Source of the DNA: Histomonas meleagridis 2922-C6/04-290x
Lineage: Eukaryota > Protista > Parabasalia
NCBI GenBank assembly: GCA_020184695.1
Contig: JAANOX010000238.1
Span: 186,001 to 250,000, forward strand
Length of the DNA: 64,000 bases
Direction: 5' to 3'
Position 1 is the stretch's first letter. Each line of letters opens with the position of its first letter. Both the position numbers and the translations under genes were made by a program. This document shows positions 31,194 to 41,394 of the stretch, one piece after another. The notes under the pieces are model-generated. The model searched no databases. It was given only the letters and a program-made list of their open reading frames with translations, and was not told the origin of the DNA.

Positions 31194-32669
31194 TTATTGA
31201 AGTAAATTCATTTTAGTAACAGATTTTTTAAACTTTGGACCTATTTCTGTAATTTCATTCAAGAACTTAGTACAAGCAGCTTTGCATTTTTCCTTCGCAA
31301 CAGTCACCACTCTTTCCAAAGAGCTTTGTAAATTCTCGAAGAAATCCAAATCCGAAGTTATTGACAAATAAAAGCCAATCAAATCGAACACGATCTCAGC
31401 CTTATCCTCATCTCTCATTAATTCCTCAAATTGCGGCAATAATTGCGCGAATAATCTTTTCCACGTTTGAGCTGAATTTGAGTCCATTGGTTGTTTTAAT
31501 AACAATTTACAAAGCTCAAATTCTACGTCCCAATTTTCGAGTGGAATTGATTTTATATGCGAAATCAAAGCCTCATTAATCGCAGCGCTATTCCAAGTGC
31601 TTGTTAACTTTCCAAGTTGTATTTGCCCTACAACAGATTCAATTGTGCATCTTTCAGTACAAACATTTTCGATGTTTTTACTTCCGATTCTTTTAAATAA
31701 ATCAATGAGTAAGTTTGATGAAATTGTACCTAATTCTGATATCATATGAAGTGCTAATGACATTACGTCAATGCTTTTTGTATGATCAATGATTTTGGTA
31801 ATTAATGTTTCTTCATTTATATCAACTAAAAGTTGTATTAAGGCAACTTGAAGTGTAGTTCGATCATCTTCAATTAATGAATTGATTTTGTCCATATACG
31901 AGGAAATGATATCAGGACTAATTGGTATGAGATATCGAAGAATATGAATCGAATATGGTTGATAATCTTCGATTTCGATCCCATGTTTAACATATCCCGA
32001 ATACAAATCGCATAATTTCGTGGTAAAAATTTTTTCTTGAATGACGGAATATGATAATATGACATATTTAAGTTCTTCATCATCACAACATTCAAGAATT
32101 TTGGGTAAACGAATGTCACGTGAAGATTCATCCGATTCTGTATATGAATAAATAAGTTTTACTAAGTTGGGTATGAGTGAACGATCATTTAAATATTTAC
32201 GATATAATGGAAATGCTTGGTTCATGAAAAGAGTTGAAAGAATTTGTTGTTCTTTTTCAGAAAATGCTTGCGCAATCGAGAAAAGAAAATCAAATATGGA
32301 GGGATTATGTAAAATGTTCTTCGATATTAATGAATGGAATAACCAAAAATCAGAAACATTGTTACAAATACTTTGAGAAATACTTCTAATATAATGCGAT
32401 TTAAGGTGATTGATATATTGTGGAAAAATATCAGATGATGAAGTAGTACTAGAAGAAAATATAAATAACACTGGATCGATTGCAGAAGGATTAGATTTTT
32501 TATTTGCAATCAATTGATCAACCAATTGAACAAAGGATGATTGAAGATTTTCAGAATGTGCGAACTCAAAAAGCGCTTGATTAAGAATTTCAAAAAGAGA
32601 TGTGTTCTGAGTTGTTTGCTTAGTAGTTTCTGTATTTCTTTTGCTCCTCTGTGTTTTTGTTTTCCTCAT
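31194..32669 (-). CDS. Hypothetical alpha-helical (ARM/HEAT-like) protein
   Basis: Intact 491-aa ORF, Leu/Ile-rich helical pattern; no family recognised. Confidence 0.7.
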   Translation of the reverse strand: MRKTKTQRSKRNTETTKQTTQNTSLFEILNQALFEFAHSENLQSSFVQLVDQLIANKKSNPSAIDPVLFIFSSSTTSSSDIFPQYINHLKSHYIRSISQSICNNVSDFWLFHSLISKNILHNPSIFDFLFSIAQAFSEKEQQILSTLFMNQAFPLYRKYLNDRSLIPNLVKLIYSYTESDESSRDIRLPKILECCDDEELKYVILSYSVIQEKIFTTKLCDLYSGYVKHGIEIEDYQPYSIHILRYLIPISPDIISSYMDKINSLIEDDRTTLQVALIQLLVDINEETLITKIIDHTKSIDVMSLALHMISELGTISSNLLIDLFKRIGSKNIENVCTERCTIESVVGQIQLGKLTSTWNSAAINEALISHIKSIPLENWDVEFELCKLLLKQPMDSNSAQTWKRLFAQLLPQFEELMRDEDKAEIVFDLIGFYLSITSDLDFFENLQSSLERVVTVAKEKCKAACTKFLNEITEIGPKFKKSVTKMNLLQ

Positions 32670-32750
32670 TTGTACGTTATTTGATGAACTTTATATGAAC
32701 TTTATTTGGAATCATTGATTATCCTATTGACTTAGCAAAATGAGTTCAGA

Positions 32751-32832
32751 GGCACGATGGCCGAGTGGTTAAGGCGTGGGATTTGAGTCCCCATGGGTTT
32801 ATCCCTCATCAGTTCGAATCTGGTTCGTGTCG
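32751..32832 (+). tRNA. tRNA-Ser(UGA)
   Basis: Acceptor GGCACGA/TCGTGTC plus G73, D-arm TGGCCGAGTGGTTAAGGC, long variable arm, TTCGAAT T-loop, downstream T-run; anticodon loop TT-TGA-GT. Confidence 0.82.
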
Positions 32833-32933
32833 TTTTTTTGATTTTTTTTTTCAAAGGCAATTGCCGATATAAATTTCAATATAGAAAAAATCATATTTCA
32901 CTGAAAATTCCTTATCGTCAACTTAGTTGTATT

Positions 32934-33968
32934 TTATTTATTAAATAGCTTCGAGAAAAATCCTTTTTTCTTTTCTGTTGCCTTTGCGATTATTCTTTCC
33001 CAGGGAGCGAAGTGTGCATCCAAGTGATCTACAACCTTTTCGACCACTCTAATTTCGAATGGCTTTGATCCTTCTAAAATTTCTCTATCCTTTGTCCAAT
33101 CGAACAAAGCGCTTCCTGTTGATACGCCATAAGGGTTTAGTTCCACGACGAAACATTTTCCTTTAATCAATGCAAAATCAATAATGCAGCTTTGCTTTGC
33201 TCTTTCAGGAAGAATCGGTAATAAAACGTCATTGAAATACTTTTGGAATGTTTGCCCTATCTCGTCTTTGTGTGCAGCAATTTCTGGGAAATAGCACTCT
33301 GTCTGGTAGTGGGAAACCGCCGTCAGTTTTCGGTTGTACACAAAACCTCTGTACTCTTGAGAGCACTCGAGGTCCTCGTTGAACGCACGGACGACGAGTT
33401 TGATGTCAAACCAATCACCATCCCCGCTTGCGTCAAGGAAAATCTTGAGGTCAGAAACAATTCTAGAGCTCCATTTCATCATTTCAAATGCTTCATCAGA
33501 ATTATGAACGCCAGAGGCTTTGATAAATGAGTTACGAAGGGCTATCATCTTTTGATTATCATCTTTTATGTTAACTTTGTTAAATTCAGCTTGAAGATAT
33601 GGAAGAAATCTTTTTTCCATTCGTGAAACTGCATCTTTGGCACTACGACTGGAAAGCTTAACGAAAACTCGCTTGACTTTATGCGTGGATTTGATTTTAT
33701 TGATGGCTTGTTCAAGTTCACTTTTCAATGAATTAAATGCAGATTGTTGTTCTGGTGTCATTTCTTTGTCAATGTTAAAACACCTCCATGCAGCAGCTTG
33801 CTCTTTTGAAACAGAGATAAAGCAAGTTGGAAACATTTCAGTCTTGATTTGATCATAATAAAGATGCATGCCAAAATCTAATAATTTTTCTACTTGCTCT
33901 CGCTTTTGTTCAGGTGTTCCATGGAGTTCTCCATCTTCTGCAGGGAGAAAAGCAACAGTTCCTTGCAT
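32934..33968 (-). CDS. CDC123/D123-like ATP-grasp protein
   Basis: VFVKLSSRSAKDA, EYRGFVYNRKLTAVSHY, IIDFA, VVELNPYG...GSALFDW. Confidence 0.8.
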   Translation of the reverse strand: MQGTVAFLPAEDGELHGTPEQKREQVEKLLDFGMHLYYDQIKTEMFPTCFISVSKEQAAAWRCFNIDKEMTPEQQSAFNSLKSELEQAINKIKSTHKVKRVFVKLSSRSAKDAVSRMEKRFLPYLQAEFNKVNIKDDNQKMIALRNSFIKASGVHNSDEAFEMMKWSSRIVSDLKIFLDASGDGDWFDIKLVVRAFNEDLECSQEYRGFVYNRKLTAVSHYQTECYFPEIAAHKDEIGQTFQKYFNDVLLPILPERAKQSCIIDFALIKGKCFVVELNPYGVSTGSALFDWTKDREILEGSKPFEIRVVEKVVDHLDAHFAPWERIIAKATEKKKGFFSKLFNK

Positions 33969-34107
33969 CTTTTTCAGAAAAAATGATATAAAACCGTTTT
34001 TATTCAAACGTCGACTTTTTCTGTTGCATAAACGATTACGAATTCAAGTTTCACATCACCATGTAAATAAAACTGAATTTTTTTTCTCATTGAGTGCGCA
34101 TGAATTC

Positions 34108-34111
<4 letters not shown>

Positions 34112-34150
<39 letters not shown>
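34112..34150 (+). repeat. (CT)n microsatellite
   Basis: Uninterrupted CT run upstream of the CDC123-like gene. Confidence 0.95.
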
Positions 34151-34151
<1 letters not shown>

Positions 34152-35002
34152 AAGGCCATGTGTCATTAATAAGCTTAAATATTTTATACAAAAATTCACA
34201 TCAAAGCTAATGATCTCAAAGATTGTGCAAGAAAAATCGCTTTTATGATTTCTGGTGATCATTTTCTTTTCGAAATTTTATATCATAAATTTATTATTAA
34301 TATACACTCTGTTTTTGATGCTTCTTGAACTCTTTATATCGAGATTTTTTTTTTTTGTTTCTTCATCTAGTCTATTTTTTATAATTTCTCATATCGACTG
34401 ATCTTGAAGCATTACCTGAGATTGATCCTTGGACAGGAATTCCTTGATCATTTTTAAATTATTAATTTTTGAAATCTTCCTGAAAGCTCATCATAATTCA
34501 GTTCATGATCCGCACGCCTCATCAAAAATCGTATTGCGGATCGATTTCTATAAAAATACCTATAAATTCTTTATCTTCATCTTTGTTAAAACAACATTTG
34601 ATGAAAATAAAAACATTTGTTATTTTGCATGGATGTAACTAAAGAGCTGCTTGTGCCAATCCCAATCCCAATAATTGGCTGATTTTCCAAATTCCAGTGT
34701 TAAAAACAATAATATATTAGGGCAATTTTACATCTATATACATAAAGTGCTGCTAGATTGGAAGTTTTTTGCATCAAAAACGGTGCAAAAAAATCACAAT
34801 ATTTTCATATTGTTCGATTCATAATTACATCCGAACGTACAATGTACTTATTTTTGAAATCTGACTTTGCGAAATTGTAAAAACTTTGAAAAATCAATTT
34901 TAACCAATTAAAGACGCTTTTAGTGAAAAAATTATTTTTATTTGTTTAATCCTTTAAAGGCTTTGCATAATGACCATATTCGTAGCTTTAGATCTGTATC
35001 TT

Positions 35003-35335
35003 TTATTTCTTTTTTAGAATTTCTTCAATCGTTTTTTCAAAAATTTGTTCTTTTAAATTTTTTCCTTCAATTTTTTTTTCTTTTTGATAATATATTTCTG
35101 TGTTCTCATTCTGTAACAATTTTGAAATGTTGTCATTAAGTGAATGGATCTGAGATGATTGGTAATTTATATAATTTAATAGTTGTTGACATGCAATTTC
35201 GAGTAAATTCTTGGAAGCCGAAACATCTTTATATTCTTGATGAATTTCGGATAGGAATTTTTTGAATTCTACAGCTGTCATATATGTCATCGCAACTTGG
35301 CCACTAAAAAGGATAACGTTTAAAATTCTTATCAT
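35003..35335 (-). CDS. Hypothetical small coiled-coil protein
   Basis: ORF with helical pattern (MTYMTAVEFKKFLSEIHQEY...); start uncertain. Confidence 0.4.
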   Translation of the reverse strand: MIRILNVILFSGQVAMTYMTAVEFKKFLSEIHQEYKDVSASKNLLEIACQQLLNYINYQSSQIHSLNDNISKLLQNENTEIYYQKEKKIEGKNLKEQIFEKTIEEILKKK

Positions 35336-35537
35336 TTGGATTTGTGTGTTTATATGGTCATTTCAATAAAGATTTGTTTATTTAATGGATATACAAAAAT
35401 GTTGGATAAAATGATTTCTTTGAAAACTTTCAAACATTTTTTAGAAGAGTAATGGAATTTATTGAAACAGAGAATCGATTTTGAAATCAATTTCTAATAA
35501 AAATATTATTATTATTTTTTATTTTGAAATTTGCAGA

Positions 35538-35609
35538 GGGTGATTGGTCTAGTGGAATGATTCTCGCTTTGGGTGCGAGAGGTCTCGGGTTCGATTCCCG
35601 AATCGCCCC
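35538..35609 (+). tRNA. tRNA-Pro(UGG)
   Basis: GGGTGAT/ATCGCCC acceptor, anticodon arm CTCGC-TT TGG GT-GCGAG, GGTTCGATTCC T-arm, downstream T-run. Confidence 0.95.
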
Positions 35610-35932
35610 TGAATTTTTTTCTTTTGATATTTTTTACTAAAGTAAGTAAAGCAATTTTGTTATTTAATTTATTTTTTATATAAACCAAAAACTTGAGAAG
35701 ATCAAAGATAAATTTTGGGTATTATATTGGGTCATATTTTTTTTTTAAATTTTAAATAATGAACTCATCCATAATTCGAATTTGATGTTGTGCTTAGTGT
35801 GTTGACCTTAAACCAAAAGCTACCAATGAAGTTAAGCTTTTGCAGCATTTAAATGCTATATCTGAAAAGTGTAGCTTGTGATTCTAAACAAACCCCTTTG
35901 AAAAAAACGGTTTGGTCCTACCTTTCTTCATA

Positions 35933-36265
35933 ATGCCTCTTTTCCACACAAAGCAACAAGAACCAAAGAAGATTGAAACTACAGTACACATCCAAAAGCT
36001 TGTGTACGATTCACGTCGTAAATTAAAGGCCCAAAAAGCTATCAAAGAAATCGTCAGGGTAGGACAAACCCTTATGGGCACTAAAGAAGTTAAAATTGAT
36101 CAAGAACTCAACAGCCGCGTTTGGTACAGAAGCAGAGCAAACCCACCAGCACGTGTTCGTGTTCTTTATGAGCGCAAGGTTGATGATGATGGCAAAATGA
36201 TTACGACAGCATCATACGTCGATGTTCCATCATTCAAGGGTCTCCAAACGGAAAAGAAAGAATAA
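35933..36265 (+). CDS. RPL31: 60S ribosomal protein eL31
   Basis: TVHIQKLV...KAQKAIKEI...TKEVKIDQELNSRVWYRSRANPPARVRV; TCA initiator-like motif just before the ATG. Confidence 0.88.
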   Translation: MPLFHTKQQEPKKIETTVHIQKLVYDSRRKLKAQKAIKEIVRVGQTLMGTKEVKIDQELNSRVWYRSRANPPARVRVLYERKVDDDGKMITTASYVDVPSFKGLQTEKKE

Positions 36266-36481
36266 ACAATTCCTTTGAAAAGAAATTTAACATATTCTCA
36301 TTATTTGTAGTACTACGACTACATATTTTTCCAATCCCACAAACAACTTCCTCTAAAAGCAAAAAAATAATTTTACAAATGTATAAAAGCTGCACATAAA
36401 TTTTAACAAAAACAATAAGAAAATATGATATCCACACTTTATTGCAATAGGGATTTAGAAACACACCATTAAAACAAAACG

Positions 36482-36688
36482 GAAGCTGGTACTTACAGCA
36501 AAGGGAAACGCACAGGTCTGATCAGATGTTACTTAGTGGCCATATGGAACGAGGAAATCGACAAGTTCCAGGCAACATGCGAAGTCGGAATGAGTTTCTC
36601 CGACAATGTCCTGAAGGACTTCACCGAGAATTCAAGGCTGATTGTGACGAAACCCAATGTTAAGAGCTGTATCATATGTATTTCCTGA
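36482..36688 (+). pseudogene. ATP-dependent DNA ligase (ligase I-like) OB-domain fragment
   Basis: EAGTYSKGKRTGLIRCYLVAIWNEEIDKFQATCEVGMSFSDNVLK matches the G.GKR.G...L.A......F...C..G.GFSD..L motif; no start codon or catalytic domain. Confidence 0.7.
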
Positions 36689-36739
36689 AGAAATGATAAA
36701 TTATTATAGATGAACAAGAATAAAATGCAAACATAAATT

Positions 36740-37934
36740 TATTTGTATTTATGTTTTTGTTTACTTTCTTCTACAAAACATATTTTGATCAGAAAAGCAT
36801 TCATCAAAAAATCAAATGTCTCCAAATTTTATTGATTATATTTTTTGTTAACACAAAACAAGCATAGGATACAGATACAAAAAATCTCACAATATATTTC
36901 AGATGATTTTTCAAATGATTATAAAAATGTTGCAAAACATGTTGTAATTATTAATGTAGGAGAGCTTGAAAATAATGCATTCAGATTTTATTAACATCAG
37001 CAATAATTGGTGAAACTGTTAAAACTATAAATAATGGAGCATTTGCATCACTTAAAAATTAGAACACGTACCATTTCCAGAGAAAACATTGAGTGGAATT
37101 GGAGATGGAGCATTTTATGAAGTATTTCATTAATTAATATTACAATTCGATGTAATAGCATTGGTGGTAATGCATTTTATATATGTACAGGACTTGAAAC
37201 AATAACTTTAGATGCAGGCGAAGTATTGGATCTGATGCATTCAGAGGATGTACAAAACTTATGAATATTCATATACCAAGTTTTGTTACTTCAATTGGAA
37301 ATTCATTTTTAGAATGTACAAAACTTCAATTTATTAATGTTTCAGATGAAAATATTGAATATTTGAATTACGAAAATGATGGCGTTTTATATTCTAAAGA
37401 AATTACACATATTATTAGTTATACGAATGGGAAAAGTAAAACATTTACAATTCCTAATTCAGTCACTTCTATTATGAATTATACATTTGCTTGTTGTAAT
37501 AATTTAGAAAGAACTGATAGCTTCTATGGGTTCTGGTAAATCATATACTTTCGTAGAAATTTCACCAAATCTAAAAATAATGATGCATTATATATCATCC
37601 AGAATATTTTACTTATCATTCAAATTTCATTATTATTACTTATATCGAAAATGTAATAATAAACACTGATGATAATAATACATTAATTATCATTATAATC
37701 CTCATTGTTATTGTAATATTTATAAAATTTGAAATGATAAAATAATTTATATGATCAAATATCAAAATAAGAAACGAAAACAAAATGAAGAAGAAATGAA
37801 TATTTCAGATGAAAATAATTATAAAATTAATGAAATAGATAGATACATTTTCAGTTGGGATTAATAATTCAAATATTGAAGAAGATCTATTTGCAGACGA
37901 TTTCAAAGAAGAAAAATTTATAAGTCAGATATAA
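36740..37934 (+). pseudogene. BspA-like leucine-rich-repeat surface protein, decayed
   Basis: TpLRR-type fragments (IHIPSFVTSIGNSFLECTKLQFINV, FTIPNSVTSIMNYTFACCNNL), a hydrophobic segment and an acidic tail EEDLFADDFKEEKFISQI*; many frameshifts. Confidence 0.75.
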
Positions 37935-38398
37935 ATAAACATATTTTAAGAACAAAATAATTTTTTATTTATTTATTTATTTCATACAAACATTTTTGTT
38001 ATTTAGCAAATATAGATTATTTGACACGTTTACATATTATTATATAACATTAATGTATGTATTAAATTAATAAAAGACAAAGAATTTCCAAATGCTTATA
38101 ATCTTACACCTAATTGGCTGTAGATCTCATTTTTGAATATCAAATAAATAAATGAAAATTATGTTCGTAAACCATATTTAAAATTAAGTGTTAAATCTAG
38201 TAATATAAGTTTTTTATTATAAAGCTGTAAAAATACCTTTGCTATTATTATTGTCCATCATATATTTTTTAAGGAGCATGATCATAAGAATAACAAGATA
38301 ATTTTATTTTGCTTGATCTCAAATGACCGTTTAGAGAATAGAATACGTTATGCGTTTAGTGTAATTAATTCGAACAAACATAGTGAATATACATTCAA

Positions 38399-39406
38399 AT
38401 GAGAGTAGCTAGCAAAAAAGATGTTTACTATCCTTGGCTAATCTATTTTGCAGTAGTATTCTTTAGCATTCTCTTAGTTAGGGGATGCTACAAATTTGAA
38501 TATATTAAGGAAATTTCCACTGAATTACCAACTCAGCCAATTCCATCAAGTTACCTCTGTAACATGAATAGATCTTCGGGTATTGGAAGCACAGCTCGAG
38601 ATGTTGTTCTTCTCTTTGGTTCTCATTTTGCACCTGGACTACAACTTTGCATAAAATCACTACGTTCCACAGGATGTAAAGCTCGTATTATTTTATTTGG
38701 AGGTTCTAGCATTACATCAGATCAAACAGCGCTCAACTTTTTCAAGTTAATGAATGTTGAATTAATACCAAATTGTGATGAACCCAATAAGAGAGAATAT
38801 GTTCCACATATGCTTCGTTATGAGTATGAACTTAACTGGCTTCTTAAGAATTCAGGAACCATTGATCGAGTCTTACATACAGATTCATTTGATGTGTTTT
38901 TCCAAGGCGATCCTTTTTCGGAGCATGTTCCTCATGATTCTCTTAAATTTGTTGTTGAGCCACATCAAGTCAGGAGTTGTGGTTGGAACTATGCATGGAT
39001 ATATTCATGCTATGGTGAAGAAGGACTTAAAAAGCGCTTAAACAACTTCATCATTTGCAGCGGTTCCATCAGCGGCGGTTATCTATCGTACGTGGCACTT
39101 TTGAAACTAATGATTTCACAAAAGGAATGGAGCACATGTTATAAGGCGAGTGAAGATCAAGCTATTCTTAATTATTTGGTTTGGAATCAGGACGTAAGAA
39201 ATGCCGGTATTAAATATTCGTTCACTGGATGTGACGATGGATTTTTCACTGTTCAATGGTGCGCAATTGAAAAAAAGGTGAAATTTAATGAATACGGACA
39301 AGCTATAACAGAGGCGAATACGGTGCCAAGTTATATTCATCAATACAATAGAATTCAATCATTCACAGATTTCTTGTTCCAAAAGTGTGGAGTTCAACAA
39401 AAATAA
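38399..39406 (+). CDS. Type II membrane protein, putative GT-A glycosyltransferase-like
   Basis: N-terminal TM helix; RVLHTDSFDVFFQGDPF (DxD-like), CSGSISG, DQAILNYL, IHQYNR. Confidence 0.65.
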   Translation: MRVASKKDVYYPWLIYFAVVFFSILLVRGCYKFEYIKEISTELPTQPIPSSYLCNMNRSSGIGSTARDVVLLFGSHFAPGLQLCIKSLRSTGCKARIILFGGSSITSDQTALNFFKLMNVELIPNCDEPNKREYVPHMLRYEYELNWLLKNSGTIDRVLHTDSFDVFFQGDPFSEHVPHDSLKFVVEPHQVRSCGWNYAWIYSCYGEEGLKKRLNNFIICSGSISGGYLSYVALLKLMISQKEWSTCYKASEDQAILNYLVWNQDVRNAGIKYSFTGCDDGFFTVQWCAIEKKVKFNEYGQAITEANTVPSYIHQYNRIQSFTDFLFQKCGVQQK

Positions 39407-39697
39407 AAATGTTATAATTTCATTATGTTTTTAATAATAAGTTTTTAATATAAAATTTTATTTATTTGTTCATTTCATATTATGTTTATTAACATTGTTA
39501 ACTTTGGTATTGCAAAGAAGCATTATTAACCGATCCTTAAGTGGGAAAAATTATGTAATTTCATCTTTTCTTGTTTTAGAAGTAATTATATTTCGTTTTA
39601 CAAGGCACATTCATAAGTACTGTTCGAAATAATTTTATTTATTTACACCATATATAATAATAATCGAATTTATTTTAACAAACATTTTATTTATTTA

Positions 39698-41269
39698 TTA
39701 AAAATCAAAATCGAATCTTAGTTTCTTTGCTGTCTTCGGCGTGTTCTGTATTTTATCAACGAAATCCACCAAGTTTTCTGGCGGCTCTATGCCTGACGCC
39801 ATAAAATGCTGCAACAAGTCCACTGCGAACTGTCCGTCTCTTGGCGTCATAAGTGTATATGCAACGCCGCTCCTCCCAGCTCGCGCAGTTCTTCCAACTC
39901 TATGGATGTAACTTTGTGGCTTTTCAGGTATGTCCAAGTTTATTACAGTGTTTATGCCATTGATATCAATTCCACGAGCTGCAATTTCTGTTGATATCAA
40001 AAATCTGATTTTCCCAAATTTGAACTTATTGAAGGCTTCATCTCTTTCTTGTTTAGTAAGCTGTCCATGAACATAACCAATATCATTAGTTTCGAGTTTT
40101 AATTCTTCATATAATTGTTCACAAAATTTTTTGTCTTTGACGAAAATTAAAACAAGGCCTTCATCAAACTTGTTTAAGTTTTCCTTTAACCATTCGCGTT
40201 TCTGTTGTGGTAGGTCAAAAATTAGAAAATTATGTTCAATGTTCTCTTGGGGTGCCCCTGTTCTTCCAATTTGCACTTTTGCAGGGTAATGAAGCGAATT
40301 ATTCGAGAGCTCATTGATTTGTGGAGGTAATGTAGCTCCGAATAACATCGTTTGTCTGTCTGGCCTAATGTAGTCGAATATAGAACGAAGTTGTCTGAAA
40401 AATCCAGATTCAAAGATTTTATCAGCTTCATCAACAACAACAAAAGTACAAAATCGCCAATCTATTTGTCGAAGGAACTTAATGAGTCTTCCAGGAGTAG
40501 CAATTATGATATCTGTACCTTTAATGATTGAATTTATTTGTTTAAATTTGAGATTACCACCTGTTATTTCAGTGGATTTGATTGTGGTTGATTTGATGAG
40601 TTGGTGTAGAACAAGTGCTGTTTGATGTGAAAGAAGTTCTGTTGGTGCAAGGATTAAAGATAATGGACCTGTAACATTTTCACTTTCTTTTTGTTCCTTA
40701 CATTTTTTGACGTGGTATATCAAAGGAAGAAGAAAACAAAGAGTTTTACCTGTGCCTGTTGGTGATACAACAATGAGATCTTTTCCAGTAAAAGCAATTG
40801 GTATTGCTTGAGCTTGAACAGGAGAAGGAGAATTTATTTTATTTGCTTCCAAAAATTGGTCAAATCCAGGAAGTGTTTGAATAAATGGTTCAAATGAAAG
40901 AAGTGGTGAACAATCACTATTTGTTACTGTGATTTCGTTTTTAGTTTGGAATTCTATTATTTCATCTTTGTTTGTTTTGTCAATAAAAGCTTGCATTTCT
41001 GGAAAAGTAATAACTCGTTGAAATGGTGGATATTGGATTTTTGAATGATCAGGAGGTAAAATATATTCTGGCTCATTATCATCAGGTTCTATTTCTTCAT
41101 TTATTTGATCATTGTATGCTTCAGGATTTACAAATGATCGAATTTTTTTTTCTGGATCTTCAGAATCTGATTCATCAGAAAATTCACCAATATTTACTTC
41201 TTGTTTTTTCTCTTCTAAATTATCAAAAAAACTATCGAATGGGTCAATTTCTTCATTTTTATCACCCAT
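39698..41269 (-). CDS. DEAD-box RNA helicase, DDX42-like
   Basis: Q motif PSPVQAQAIP, PTGTGKT, DEAD, HRVGRTAR; N-terminal IDPFDSFF and PDHSKIQYPPF as in DDX42. Confidence 0.88.
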   Translation of the reverse strand: MGDKNEEIDPFDSFFDNLEEKKQEVNIGEFSDESDSEDPEKKIRSFVNPEAYNDQINEEIEPDDNEPEYILPPDHSKIQYPPFQRVITFPEMQAFIDKTNKDEIIEFQTKNEITVTNSDCSPLLSFEPFIQTLPGFDQFLEANKINSPSPVQAQAIPIAFTGKDLIVVSPTGTGKTLCFLLPLIYHVKKCKEQKESENVTGPLSLILAPTELLSHQTALVLHQLIKSTTIKSTEITGGNLKFKQINSIIKGTDIIIATPGRLIKFLRQIDWRFCTFVVVDEADKIFESGFFRQLRSIFDYIRPDRQTMLFGATLPPQINELSNNSLHYPAKVQIGRTGAPQENIEHNFLIFDLPQQKREWLKENLNKFDEGLVLIFVKDKKFCEQLYEELKLETNDIGYVHGQLTKQERDEAFNKFKFGKIRFLISTEIAARGIDINGINTVINLDIPEKPQSYIHRVGRTARAGRSGVAYTLMTPRDGQFAVDLLQHFMASGIEPPENLVDFVDKIQNTPKTAKKLRFDFDF

Positions 41270-41394
41270 TTGTTATTGGCTAAAAAGAAAATTATCAAAT
41301 ATTATTGACAGAAAATTTTTTTGTCAAATTTTTTTTGATCAGGTAAAAATAACGGTTTCTAGGGGTTTTTGACTGCTTTATATAAAATAACAAG

